Assembly: GCA_963827655.1 (NCBI GenBank) | Contig: CAWHCF010000040.1 | Coordinates: 1 to 64,000 of the forward strand | Source of the DNA: an uncultured Acidobacteriota bacterium | Lineage (GTDB): Bacteria; Acidobacteriota; UBA6911 | Reading direction: 5' to 3' | DNA: 64,000 nucleotides | Shown: in pieces, positions 29,138-39,983 of the stretch | Layout of the letters: each line of letters opens with the position of its first letter | Position numbering within the stretch: position 1 is the stretch's first letter | The notes under the pieces: model-generated | What the model was told of the DNA's origin: nothing | Seen by the model: the letters and a program-made list of their open reading frames with translations, nothing else | The model's database searches: none | Made by a program: the position numbers and the translations under genes

Positions 29138-29769
29138 ATGTCGTTCTTTGGATTCCCGGTCGGGGGAAAGCGCTTGCTTTCGACCGCGCTGGTATACTTG
29201 CTGTTCTGGCAGACCTGCGGGGCAATGCCGCAGGCGCAGGTTGGTCCTCAGTCAAAGCTGAGGGTTGTCATCCTGGAAGGGAACGAGGCGGTCAATGATC
29301 TCGGAGCGGGCACTGCGGTCGAACCGGTTGTTCGGATCGAAGATGAGAGCGGCCAGCCGCTCGCGGGCGCCATGGTCGTTTTTACCTTGCCCGAGACCGG
29401 AGCGGGGGGAGTGTTCGCGGACGGCTCCAAGAGCCTGATCGTCCACACCGACCTCAAAGGCCTGGCGGCCGCCCGAGGGCTTCGGCCGAACAAAACGGAA
29501 GGCCCCTTCGAGATTCGGGTCGATGCTTCCTTCCAGGGACTCACCGCAAGCGCCTCCATCTCTCAGACCAATGTCGTTCCGATTGTTGTTCCGGCGGCGG
29601 CGGCTAAGCCTCCATCGAAAAAAGGCTTGCTTTTCGTGATTATCGGCGGCGTTGCTGCCGCTGCAGGGGTTCTCGCGGCCTCGGCCGGAGGGGGTGGAGG
29701 GGGTGGAACCCCACCGCCGCCTCCGACAACACGGTCTCGTCGGGCAGCCCAACCGTCGGGCCTCCATAG
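29138..29769 (+). CDS. Secreted Ig-like (Big_1-like) protein with C-terminal TM and Gly/Pro tail; frameshift near 29730
   Basis: Signal peptide; VVILEGNEAVN..EPVVRIEDESGQPLAGAMVVFTLP; TM; corrected end TVSSGSPTVGPP*. Confidence 0.7.
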
Positions 29770-29940
29770 TCCGTTACGGAGCGGTCATGAGAATTCGGTT
29801 CGCGCTACAAGCAAGCAGCGGGATATGAAGGCGCAGCCCTTGCCTGGAGATTGGCCATTTCGCGAGTGCGCGGCAGCTTGCTACCGCCTTGGTTTGCCGG
29901 AGCTTGCGTTCGACATAACCGAAAACACGCGGGGATTGAA

Positions 29941-31086
29941 ATGATTCAACGAGATCTCGCAGGGCGGCTGTTTTCGCCGTCATCCTTATTCTGGCCCCGA
30001 CTCTTTCCAGGGGGCAGACCGGTCGCGAGGGAAACAGAGAAAGCGAAACCAGAAGCCGGCCGTGGAACGAAACCAGAGACCGTGCGTTACCGTTAAATGA
30101 GGAGAATCCGGCCCCTTCAACCGGCGTGGCTGGGCCGGGTCTTGGGACGATATTCGACGCCGCTCGAGGCGGTCTGCGACCTATCCTGGGATTGCCGGGA
30201 GCCGCCACCGTAGGCGGCGTTCTTGATCTGGGTTCGGAATTCTCGCTGGGCTGGATTTCGCCTCGACAGGAGTATGCCCTCGGACGACTCAAGCAAGGGG
30301 CGGACCTTGTCCTGGTAAATCTTGATCGGGACCAGATTTCCGTCGACCCGCTTCCCGGAGCCATGCCGGGAGTGGACCGGGTAGCCCTCAGTCCAGCCGG
30401 GGCTTCAGCGGTCTTGTACGATGCTGAAAGCCGTCGTATGCAGCTGATCAGGGGCTTGCCGCGGGCGTACTCCGTTGTCGCCGAAGCGGATATCTCAAAC
30501 CTGGCGGGCGCGGTGGGCGCCATGGCCGTCAGCGATGATGCCGGCGCAGCTTTGTTTTTCATTTCAGAAGGTGAATCGGGAGCCGTTTATTCGATTGCGG
30601 CCGGCGGTGAACTGAAATGGGTCAGCGCGGCCGAAGAGGTTTCGGCCATCTCTTTCTTGACTGATCTTCCCGACGCGCTGATTGCCGACCGGCGGGCGAA
30701 TACCGTGCTGCTCCTGCGCGACGTCGCGGGCGCCGCCGGCAAGACGCGTGTTAGCGGCCGAACAGGATGGAATTCTGAATCCGGTCGCCGCTCAGATTTC
30801 GGATGATCACCGGCGAGTTTTCGTTGCCAACTCAGGATCGGCCACGGTTTCGGTTCTCGACCTGACTGGCGGCCCGATGACGCAGGTCCCCTGTTCAAGG
30901 GTTCCCTCGGGCATGTACCGTCTGACAGGCAGTTCCGTGTTTCGCTTGACTGAATTCTCTGAGGCGCCGCTCCTCTTGCTGGACGGCGGCGCAGACGAGC
31001 CTCGCATATTCTTCATTCCGCCACCGGTCGAGGCTCGCTCTGAAACCGAGGAGCCCGCCGAGCCTCCCAAGGCTGAAGCGCATTAG
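29941..31086 (+). CDS. Secreted beta-propeller-like protein; frameshifts at the start and near 30750
   Basis: Signal-like RRAAVFAVILILA; GPGLGTIFD..LRPILGLPGAA; AMAVSDDA; VFVANSGSATVSVLDL. Confidence 0.65.
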
Positions 31087-31162
31087 CACGGGGTCTTCGG
31101 GCGCGTTGGGCCGCATTGTTAACCTAACTCATAAAGTCACTGGACTGGGGATCGACAGAGGT

Positions 31163-34100
31163 ATGAAGCGAATTGGAATACGGCGCGCGCTGGAAGCCGC
31201 TTTCGTGTCGCTGGGAGTATGGGTAATTGTGATCTGCTCGGCGATTCCAGCGCGCGCTCAGAGCCCTTATCAGCAGTATCAGTCCGAACTCAGGCCTCGC
31301 CGGAGGCCCGGCTTTCACCCTGACAGTCAACGGTTCGGGATTCAACGGTCCTATGCAGTCGGGAGCAGATTCGCAGGTCCGCTGGAACGGGAGCGCTCGA
31401 ACTACGACATTCGTCAGCGTGACCAGTCTCACAGCGACTGATTACCGCCGCCGACATCGCCACTGCGGGCACGGCCACCGTTCAGGTTTTCAACCGGGGG
31501 GGGCGGGCTTCAAACCCGGTAACCTTCACCATCAATAATCCGCCGCCGGCAATTTCGAGCATTAGCCCGACTTCTGCAATAGCCGGAGGTGCGGCTTTCA
31601 CCCTCACGGTCAATGGTTCAAATTTCATGAGTGGAGCGGTCGTTCGCTGGAACGGGTCCGATCGGACGACGTCGGGTAGCGGCGGCAGTCAACGTACGGC
31701 CTCGATTCCGGCGAGCGACATCGCCGCGGCTGGTACGGCCAGCATTACGGTCGTCAACCCGGGCGGCGGTACCTCAAACGCAGCGACCTTTACGATCAAT
31801 AACCCGTCCCCGACGCTCGCCAGCATCAGCCCTAACTCTGCAACAGCCGGAGGTGGGGCTTTCACCCTCACGGTCACTGGCTCGAATTTCGTCAATGGTT
31901 CGGTGGTTCGCTGGAACCTTGGAAACCGTATCGACGACGTTCGGTAGCGCCACGAGTCTTACAGCCTCGATTCCGGCGAGCGATATCGCCGCGGCAGGAA
32001 CCGCTTCGGTCACGGTTTTGAATCCGGCTCCGGGGGGCGGGGCGTCGAGCGCCGTAAACTTTACCATCAATAACCCCACGCCGGTGATTTCGGGCATCAA
32101 CCCGAATTCGGCTCTCGCCGGGAGCGCGGGTTTTACCCTTACGGTCGATGGCTCCGGTTTTGTCAGTGGCTCCATCGTTCGCTGGCAAGGGGGCCGATCG
32201 GCCCACCTCGGGTAGCGGCACGAATCAACGTACGGCGACGATACCGGCCAGCGACATTGCCACGGCCGGACCGCGCACCGTAACCGTGTTCAATCCAGGC
32301 CGGGGGGCGGCACTTCAAACGGCGTGACGTTTAACGTCACGCAGAATCCCACGCCGGCCATTGGCGGCATCGCTCCGAATTCGGCGACGGCTGGGGGCGG
32401 AGATTTCACCCTGACGGTGGGCGGCAACAACTTCATTACGACCTCGGTGGTTCGCTGGAACGGCGCGCCCCGGCCTACAACTTTCAATAGCAGTTCGGAG
32501 CTGACGGCCGTGATTTCGTCCGGCGACATCGCCGCGGCAGGATCGGCGAACGTCACGGTCCTCAATCCGGCTCCCGGCGGAGGGACGTCGAACGCCGTTA
32601 GCTTTGCCATCAACAATCCCTCCCCTCAAATCTCGGCCATCAACCCTTCCTCGGCCACTGCGGGCGGCGCGGCGTTCACCCTTACCGTAACCGGCGCCGG
32701 CTTCGTCCCCGGCTCCGTAGTCCGGTGGAATGGTACCGATCGATCGACAAGCTTCGGCGGCAGCAGTCAATTGACGGCATCGATTCCAGCCAGCGATATT
32801 GCCGCGGGCGGCTCCGCCGCGGTCACCGTCGTCAATCCTGCCCCCGGGGGTGGCACCTCGAACGATGCGCCTTTTACGATCAATAACCCGGCCCCTACCC
32901 TCGGCAGCATCAACCCGACCTCGGCAACAGCCGGAGGTGCCGGCTTCACCCTCACGGTCAGCGGCTCGAATTTTGTCAGCGGAGCCGTCGTTCGCTGGAA
33001 CGGAGCCGACCGGACGACCACGGGCAGCGGCACTCAGCTTACGGCAACGATACCGGCGAGCGACATCGCCACGGGCGGCACGGCCAGCATCACGGTGGTC
33101 AAACCCGGGTCCGGGGGGCGGCGCTTCAAACGCAGCGAGTTTTACGATCAATAACCCTGTCCCCGTACTGGCGAGCATCAACCCGACTTCTGCAACAACG
33201 GGAGGGGCGGCTTTCACCCTCACGGTCACGGGCTCGAGTTTCGTCAGCGGCGCCGTGGTTCGCTGGAACGGAGCCGATCGGCCGACCACGGGCAGCGGCA
33301 GTCAACTTGCGGCAACGATACCGGCGAGCGACATCGCCGCGGGCGGCACGGCCAGCATCACGGTGGTAAACCCGGGTCCCGGGGGCGGCGCCTCAAGCGC
33401 AGCGACGCTTTACCATCAATAACCCCGTACCCGTGCTTGCGAGTATCAACCCGACTTCTGCAATCACGGGAGGTGCGGCTTTCACCCTCACGGTCACGGG
33501 CTCGAGTTTCGTCAGTGGATCCGTGGTTCGCTGGAACGGAGCCGATCGGCCGACCACGGGCAGCGACAGTCAACTTACGGCAGCGATACCGGCGAGCGAC
33601 ATCGCCGCGGGTGGCACGGCCAGCATCACGGTCTTCAACCCGGCTCCGGCGGGCGGGACTTCAAGCGCAGTGAGCTTTACCATCAGCAATACTCTGCCAA
33701 CCATCTCCGCTCTCAATCCGGCCTCGGTGATAGCCGGGGGGCCGGCTTTCAACCTCGCGGTCGCCGGTACGAATTTTGTCAGTGGATCTATCGTTCGCTG
33801 GAACGGGGCCGATCGGCCTACAACGTTCGGCAACAGTACCCAGTTGACGGCAGCGATCCCGGCCAGCGACATCGCCGCGGCAGGGACCGCCAACATAACG
33901 GTCTCCAATCCTGCTCCCGGCGGCGGCGTCTCCAGTCCCGCAACACTTGCGATTACCAACCCGACTCCCACTATCACCGGCATTGCTCCGAATTCAGCGA
34001 TAAGCGGTGGCGGGCCCTTCACCCTGGTGGTGAACGGAACCAATTTTGTCGGTGGATCCATTGTCCGATGGAATGGGTCGGATCGATCGACCGTCTTTGG

Positions 34101-35715
34101 CACCAATAACCAGATCTCGGCATCGATTCCGGCCAGCGATCTTGCAACCGGAGGAACTTCAAGCGTCACTGTCTTCAATCCCGGTCCGGGAGGAGGGTCT
34201 TCCAATGCAGTAAGCTTCCAGGTCAATAATCCGGTGCCGGCTATCAGCGGGCTCAGCCCCGGTTCTGCAACAGCGGGAAGCGGGGCGTTCAGCCTCACGA
34301 TCAGCGGCACAGGTTTTATATCCGCCTCCGTGGTTCGCTGGAACGGAGCGGAGCGGCCGACGACGTCCACCAGCGCCACGCTGCTGACGGCGACGATTCC
34401 GGCCAGCGATATTGCGGCTCCGGGCAGCGCAGTCATAACCGTATCGAATCCGGCCCCGGTTGGAGGGACTTCGAATGCGGTGACGTTCACGATCACGAGC
34501 GGGAACCCGCTGCCGACGATCACCACCCTCAGTCCGAATTTGGCCGGGGCTGGAGGCCCCGCCTTTACCCTTACGGTAAACGGCACCGGCTTTGTCTCAA
34601 ACTCCGTGGTGCGCTGGAACGGGGCAGACCGAACGACAAGTTTTGTGAGCGACACACAGTTGAACGCGGCGATTCCGGCCAGCGACATCGCCACGATCGG
34701 TACGGCGAATGTGACGGTCGTCAGTCCAGCACCCGGAGGAGGTACGTCGAACGCAGTCACGTTCTCGATCGTTGCGGCGAACCCCGTGCCGGCGATCACG
34801 CGACTCGATCCGGCGTCGACGCCAGCCGGCGGGCCGGCTTTTACCCTGACCGTGATTGGAACCGGCTTCGTCAACACATCCGCAGTTCGCTGGAACGGCG
34901 CGGACCGGCCCACGACCTTCACTAGCGGCACGGAACTGAGAGCCTCGATCCCGGCGAGCGACATTGCCACCGCCGGCGTCGCAACTATCACTGTCTTCAG
35001 CCCCTCGCCTGGCGGGGGGGCTTCGAATGCTCAGAGTTTCACGATTCTGGGCGCCGGCGTCAGTATCAACGGCCTATCCGACACGCTCGAATCTCTCCAG
35101 CAACCGAGTATCAACCTGACGGTTGCCACGCCGCGGCCGGTCGCGGTCTCAGGCCGTATGGTCCTGGTGTTCACGGGTCCTACCGATGACCCGGCGGTCC
35201 AGTTTGAAGGAGGAGGAAGGACGGTCAATTTCACGATTCCGGCTAATGCCACGCAGGCAATATTCTCCGGCAATGCCACCAGCACTTCGCTTCAGACCGG
35301 AACCACCGCCGGAACCATCACCCTGGAGGCTGTTCCTGACGGCATGCTCGGTTCCACTCGGACGGGAACGGTAAGCCGGCGTGCTCCCCGAATTACCAGC
35401 CTCACGATAGGCTCTCGAACGTCCTCGAGCTTCCAGCTGGTCATGGTCGGATTTTCCAACATCCGAAATCTGACTCAGGGGGTATTTCGCTTTACCGGAA
35501 GAGCGGGAACCAATCTGCAGACCAGCTCGCTGACGGTCGACCTTAGCAGTGCGTTCGCCGCCTGGTACCAGAGCGCAGCCTCCGCGCCGTTCGGAAGCCA
35601 GTTCAGGCTGGTGCTCCCCTTCAACGTGCAAGGTGATATAAACGCCATCGGCTCAGTTTCGGTGACGCTGACCAATGCGGAGGGAACCTCCGAGCAAGTT
35701 ACCGTCAACTTCTGA
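31163..35715 (+). CDS. Large surface protein with 14 tandem IPT/TIG (Ig-like) domains and a distinct C-terminal region; several frameshifts in the 5' half
   Basis: ~270-bp periodic repeats [28 protein letters not shown]...[24 protein letters not shown]; VRW motif counted 14 times. Confidence 0.9.
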
Positions 35716-35763
35716 CCCGCAAAACAAATACCACCAAGACACGAAGACGCGAAGAAACACTAA

Positions 35764-35841
35764 GGTTCGTTCGGGGACTTCGCCCCGAACGAAGGCCCTT
35801 GTGAACGAAAACATGTTGGTTTGAACGTTTCACCAAGCACC
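35764..35841. mobile_element. 78-bp repeated miniature element, copy 2, flanked by TAA
   Basis: TAA at 35761-63 and 35842-44; its last base completes the TAG stop of the convergent gene. Confidence 0.8.
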
Positions 35842-36215
35842 TAAGAATCAGCCAAAACTCTATCAACTGCGTCGGCCACGTCTCCCAGCGCGAAGGGTCG
35901 CGACAAGACAGCTGCCCAGGCAAAATCCCGGACCAGCGGGTCATTCAGCTCCAGAACGCTCGCGAGCGCGATCACCGGTATCTTTGAATCAGTCAGCGCT
36001 TCCAGAGCGGAAGGGGTGAGAACCTGATCGCGCAGCTCCAGGACGATGGCCCGGGGCTTACGGAGGTCAGAACCCTGGACCGCGGCCATAGCCTTGTCGA
36101 GTTCCAGAAAACCGACGGCGTCGTACCCGCGTTCGATCAACTCCGCTCTCAAGCAGGCGCGCGGCCACTGCTCGCTATCAACGATCCATACGATGACTTC
36201 GTGTTTCGGGTGCAT
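35841..36215 (-). CDS. Atypical single-domain response-regulator receiver-like protein
   Basis: VWIVDSE, L..RGY, PRAIVLEL, IPVIAL, LSRPF CheY-like layout; Glu at the phosphoacceptor position. Confidence 0.65.
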   Translation of the reverse strand: MHPKHEVIVWIVDSEQWPRACLRAELIERGYDAVGFLELDKAMAAVQGSDLRKPRAIVLELRDQVLTPSALEALTDSKIPVIALASVLELNDPLVRDFAWAAVLSRPFALGDVADAVDRVLADS

Positions 36216-36277
36216 GAATCGGCTGTCGGAGCTTCCACGGTCGTGGCCGCAGAGACCCGAAGTCTCGTTGCGCGGGC

Positions 36278-37510
36278 TCACTTGAACATGTTAATGCAAG
36301 CGGTGATGATGAGCGCGTTGGTGAAGTCTATGAAGAAAGCGCCCACCATCGGAACGACAAGGAAGGCTCGAGGGGCCGGGCCAAAGCGCTCGACGAGAGC
36401 TTCCATGTTGGCCATGGCATTAGCCGTCGTGCCGAGCATGAAGCCGACAAATCCCCCTCCCATCACTGCCGCGTCGTAGTCGCGTCCCATCAGTTGAAAT
36501 ATCGGCCAGAAACAAACCAGGGCTACGATCGCGACCTGAACCACCAGTATCAGGAGCAGAGGGATGGCCAGTCCGGCGAGCTTCCAGAGCTCGAGGGTCA
36601 TGATCGCGAGAACAAGGAAGAGAGAAAGCGCTACATTGCCGATGTCGTCGATGGTCCGCTGCGAAAGATTGATCCAGTGGGTAAGATCATCGAAGTTGCG
36701 GATGACGGCGGCCGTCAGCATGGCTCCGATGTATGCGGGCAACGTGACGTTCATAGACGCAAACCAGCCGCTGACCCACGAACCAATCCACATTGCGATC
36801 AGGATCACGACCAGATTCTTCAGGAGCAGGTAGGATTCCTTGTCCTCGCCTGAAGGAGCTGCGGTCGGCGCTTCCGGCGTCTGGTTTTCGACTATGTTTT
36901 CCGCCGTGGGCACTTCGAGATCGAGCGGCCTGGCCCGAGGTTTCCTCAGAGTGTGGCGCTCGATGAGAAAGGTGCCGACCGGGCCGCCGACCAGGCCTCC
37001 CGAGATGATGCCTCCCATCGCGACCGCAACCGCAACGGTAGCGGCACCCGGCACGCCTGCTTGCTCGAAGAGGGGAGCGAAAGCCAGTCCGGTCGCCGGA
37101 CCGCCGGTCAGCGTGACCGATCCGGCCAGGATGCCGAAGAGAGGATGCAGCCCGAGCGGCAGGGCAACCAAAACACCGGCCAGGTTCTGCACGATGGCGA
37201 AAACAGTTGCCGCGAGGAAGAACAGAATCACCTGCGGTCCTCCGATGCGGAGCAGCGCCAGGCTGGCGCCGAAACCGATGGTGGTAAAGAAGGCGATATT
37301 CAGCGGATCGCGCAGGGTGGTATCGAACTGAAAGAGTGAAATCTCGAACCGTCGCGCTATCAGGAGCGCGACGGCCACGAGCAGGCCGCCGATGATGGGG
37401 GCCGGGATGTTGTAACGCGCGAGCGGGCGAATCGCGCGCCGGACTGCATAGCCGATAAAGAGCGCGACGCCCGCAAAAGCCACGGTATGGACCGAGTTGA
37501 GTGTAAGGAT
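36278..37510 (-). CDS. gltS: Sodium/glutamate symporter
   Basis: YNIPAPIIGG, FFTTIG, LPAYIGAM, FMLGTTANAMANM, AFLVVPMVGAFFIDFTN; RBS points to ATC at 37510. Confidence 0.92.
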   Translation of the reverse strand: MLTLNSVHTVAFAGVALFIGYAVRRAIRPLARYNIPAPIIGGLLVAVALLIARRFEISLFQFDTTLRDPLNIAFFTTIGFGASLALLRIGGPQVILFFLAATVFAIVQNLAGVLVALPLGLHPLFGILAGSVTLTGGPATGLAFAPLFEQAGVPGAATVAVAVAMGGIISGGLVGGPVGTFLIERHTLRKPRARPLDLEVPTAENIVENQTPEAPTAAPSGEDKESYLLLKNLVVILIAMWIGSWVSGWFASMNVTLPAYIGAMLTAAVIRNFDDLTHWINLSQRTIDDIGNVALSLFLVLAIMTLELWKLAGLAIPLLLILVVQVAIVALVCFWPIFQLMGRDYDAAVMGGGFVGFMLGTTANAMANMEALVERFGPAPRAFLVVPMVGAFFIDFTNALIITACINMFK

Positions 37511-37607
37511 AACTCCTCCTGGGTAAATGCTCTGATGTTTACATTCGATGTACTTCGAAGATCCTGGATTGTATTTCTGGCTTGGCAGCGCCAACAATCC
37601 GGAGACG

Positions 37608-38138
37608 CTACGGAAGTGAGTTGTCGCTCGTAATTTCATCGATTGCGTCCCGGGCCTTCTGTTCAATCTCGGCAGAAGTCTGGTCCTGAATTGGGTGGGG
37701 AACATAAACGGGGTCATAGTCCGGCCTTCCGAGCGCGCTCCCCTGAGCGCGCGCAGCGGTCGTGAACTCGTCGGTGGCAACTGATACCGTTGGTATGCCG
37801 AGATTCTCGAGCCTGATGGCATCGTGCAAACTGCACGTCGTGCAGGATCCTCAATCGGCCAATGCCTCAACGACTGCGTTCGGACGGCTGCTCAGCAGCC
37901 GTTGAACCATTTCATCAGGCGCCGGCCTGGTAAACGTCGGCTTGGTTTCTCGGATGACTCGTTCGACATGATGGCGCTCCTTGAGCAGCCGCTCGATGGC
38001 ATCGAGAAAAACCTTCCCACCCGGCTTGCTGATATCCAGCAGCGCGACAGTCTTTCCGCGCAGGCTTTCCAGGCGAGGCGCCGGACTTGACCGCGCCCGC
38101 CTGGTTTCGTCCATCGGGTTCACCAGGATTGTCTTCAT
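37608..38138 (-). CDS. UGSC-family selenoprotein (GrdB/PrdB-like motif), in-frame UGA at 37851-37853
   Basis: ORFs 37851-38195 and 37608-37829 are in one frame; read-through gives ALAD-U-GSCTTCSLHDAIRLENLGIPTV. Confidence 0.85.
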
Positions 38139-38230
38139 GGTTTTTGTTTCCTTCCTCCGATCATTACGCCGCCAGAGCAACGCCAAAACCGCCAAGGCAC
38201 GACGCGTCTCTGGGCCGCAGCCAAATAACA

Positions 38231-38295
38231 GCCACGGATTACACGAATTTCACGAACTCTAGAATTGGCTCGGTGAAATTCGTGTAATCCGTGGC
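38231..38295. repeat. Perfect 23-bp inverted repeat built from nonamer-like units
   Basis: GCCACGGATTACACGAATTTCAC (38231-53) / GTGAAATTCGTGTAATCCGTGGC (38273-95). Confidence 0.92.
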
Positions 38296-38374
38296 AGATG
38301 CTTTTGCTCCCTGCTTGTGGAAAATCTTGCCCAGACAACAAGATGTTTCCCCTTGTTATACGAAGCCCGCGCGG

Positions 38375-39983
38375 TCACTGGATGGGATACGTGACCATTT
38401 GGCTCCCGCGAGGCCCCGTGGCCCAACTTCCGATCACAGCCGAGAATTTGCCGGCCGTTCCGCCGGCGACGACGATCTTGATGCCATTGCGCTCCCGAAA
38501 CTTTCGATAACACGGCTCGCCGTCGATCGTGATCCGGTCGTAAGATTTTATGGACTGTGTCCCCTCACCGGTCGACTCGGAGAAGGCCTTCTCGGAGAAT
38601 CGCGGTATGCTGGAAGAGATAGTCACGCACATCTTCCTTGGTGAAACCGTCTCGCTCTAAGGTCTTGACGTGTTCGGGGCAGAGCACCACGATGGCTTCA
38701 TAGCTGGAGCAGACCAGGTAAGTCCCTATGGTGGCCAAAGTGCGGGAAATCGCTTTCAGCACATCCCGGCCCCGGCGGGCGTTGTGTTCACTTACGCCTC
38801 GCGGAGGCTCGGCGCCGAACAGGGTTATTGTGCTCTGGGTTGCCTGGAATCCGAGATCGACGTGGAAAGGCGGCCAGGGGCTCTCCTCTTCGTTTTCCGC
38901 GATACAGTATGAAAACTTACCCGGGTTGCCGAGTGTGGACATGTCGATCTCGCCCGGACGGGCGCCGCCCAGGTTGACCAGGACCAGTTGCAACGCCCGC
39001 CCGAGCGTGCTGTTCGCCCGGGCGACGTTGCTCAAGACGTTGCTGCGACAGGCAAAGCCAAGCTCATCGCGAATCGGACCATTGACGATGACGAGCGGCG
39101 CAGCAAAATGGGTTGTGGCCTGGATGCCGTGCAGGTTGAGTCGCTCGTCGCAGGCGGCCCTGATCGTCGGGAGCAGAACGCGCATCATTCGGGGATCACA
39201 TCCGGCCATGACGGCGTTGGCGGCAATCTTCTCAACCGTGGCAGCGCCGTAATTCGGAGGGACGTGGCCCACGATCATATCAGGGTCAAGCGTGGTTGCT
39301 TCGAGCATGCGCTCGACTCGCTCGACCGTCGGGGGCACCACGGGAAGAGGATCACCAAACGTCCTCATGCAGTACTCGTAGGGATCGATCGCATCATCCA
39401 GCTCGAGCCGCGTTGCCCGTGAGCCGCGGGTCACATGGAAGGGCAGGGTGGCCGGATCAATTTGCGGGAAGTGTCTGGAGCCTGTCTGCTCCAGATGACG
39501 CGAGGCGCAACCCGGCTTGCGATCCGGCGCCCCGTCATGAGCCGATGCGATCGTCACAGGCCTGGCCCCCAGTTCCTGGCACATCAACGCGGCAGCGGTG
39601 TTCAGGCCCTCTTTGTCGAAGCCGACCAGGGAATAGGCAAGTCTTCCGTCGCGATTCACCAGATAGAGTGCCGGGACTGAAACGGGGTTGTATTGCTGCG
39701 AGATAACCAGCTCGGTGTCGAGCGCGACCGGGAACCGAACCTGCGCCTGCTGTATCAGGCGGCGTGTTGCCGACTCCCCATCCTGGGAGATTGCGACAAT
39801 CCTTTCCGAGTCATTTCCGAGCGCTTGCGCCAGACGCATCAGATAAGGAAGGGTGAGCTGGCACGTCGGGCAATCGGTTTCAAAGAACAGGAGGAGGGTT
39901 GGCTCGCCGGCCTTGCGCTCCCAGGTACTTCCATCGAGGCGCGGAAGTGAAAAGGAGGGCGCAGGATCGCCGAGCTGAAGCAT
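38375..39983 (-). CDS. Redoxin (AhpC/TSA-like, CPTC) fused to a conserved uncharacterised domain; frameshift near 38605
   Basis: LQLGDPAPSFSL..FFETDCPTC; then LPVVPPTVERVERML, TVEKIAANAVMAGC, GNPGKFSYCIAENEEESPW; tail IVVAGG..KFSAVIGSW. Confidence 0.85.

Noticed and set aside
31250-35045. Regularly spaced repeats as a CRISPR-like array
   Set aside because: The period is ~270 bp, the units are protein-coding IPT/TIG domains, and there are no unique spacers or cas genes
37511-37870. ~120-aa N-terminal extension of GltS in the ORF track
   Set aside because: It overlaps the selenoprotein C-terminal half in another frame, and the RBS and homology begin near 37510
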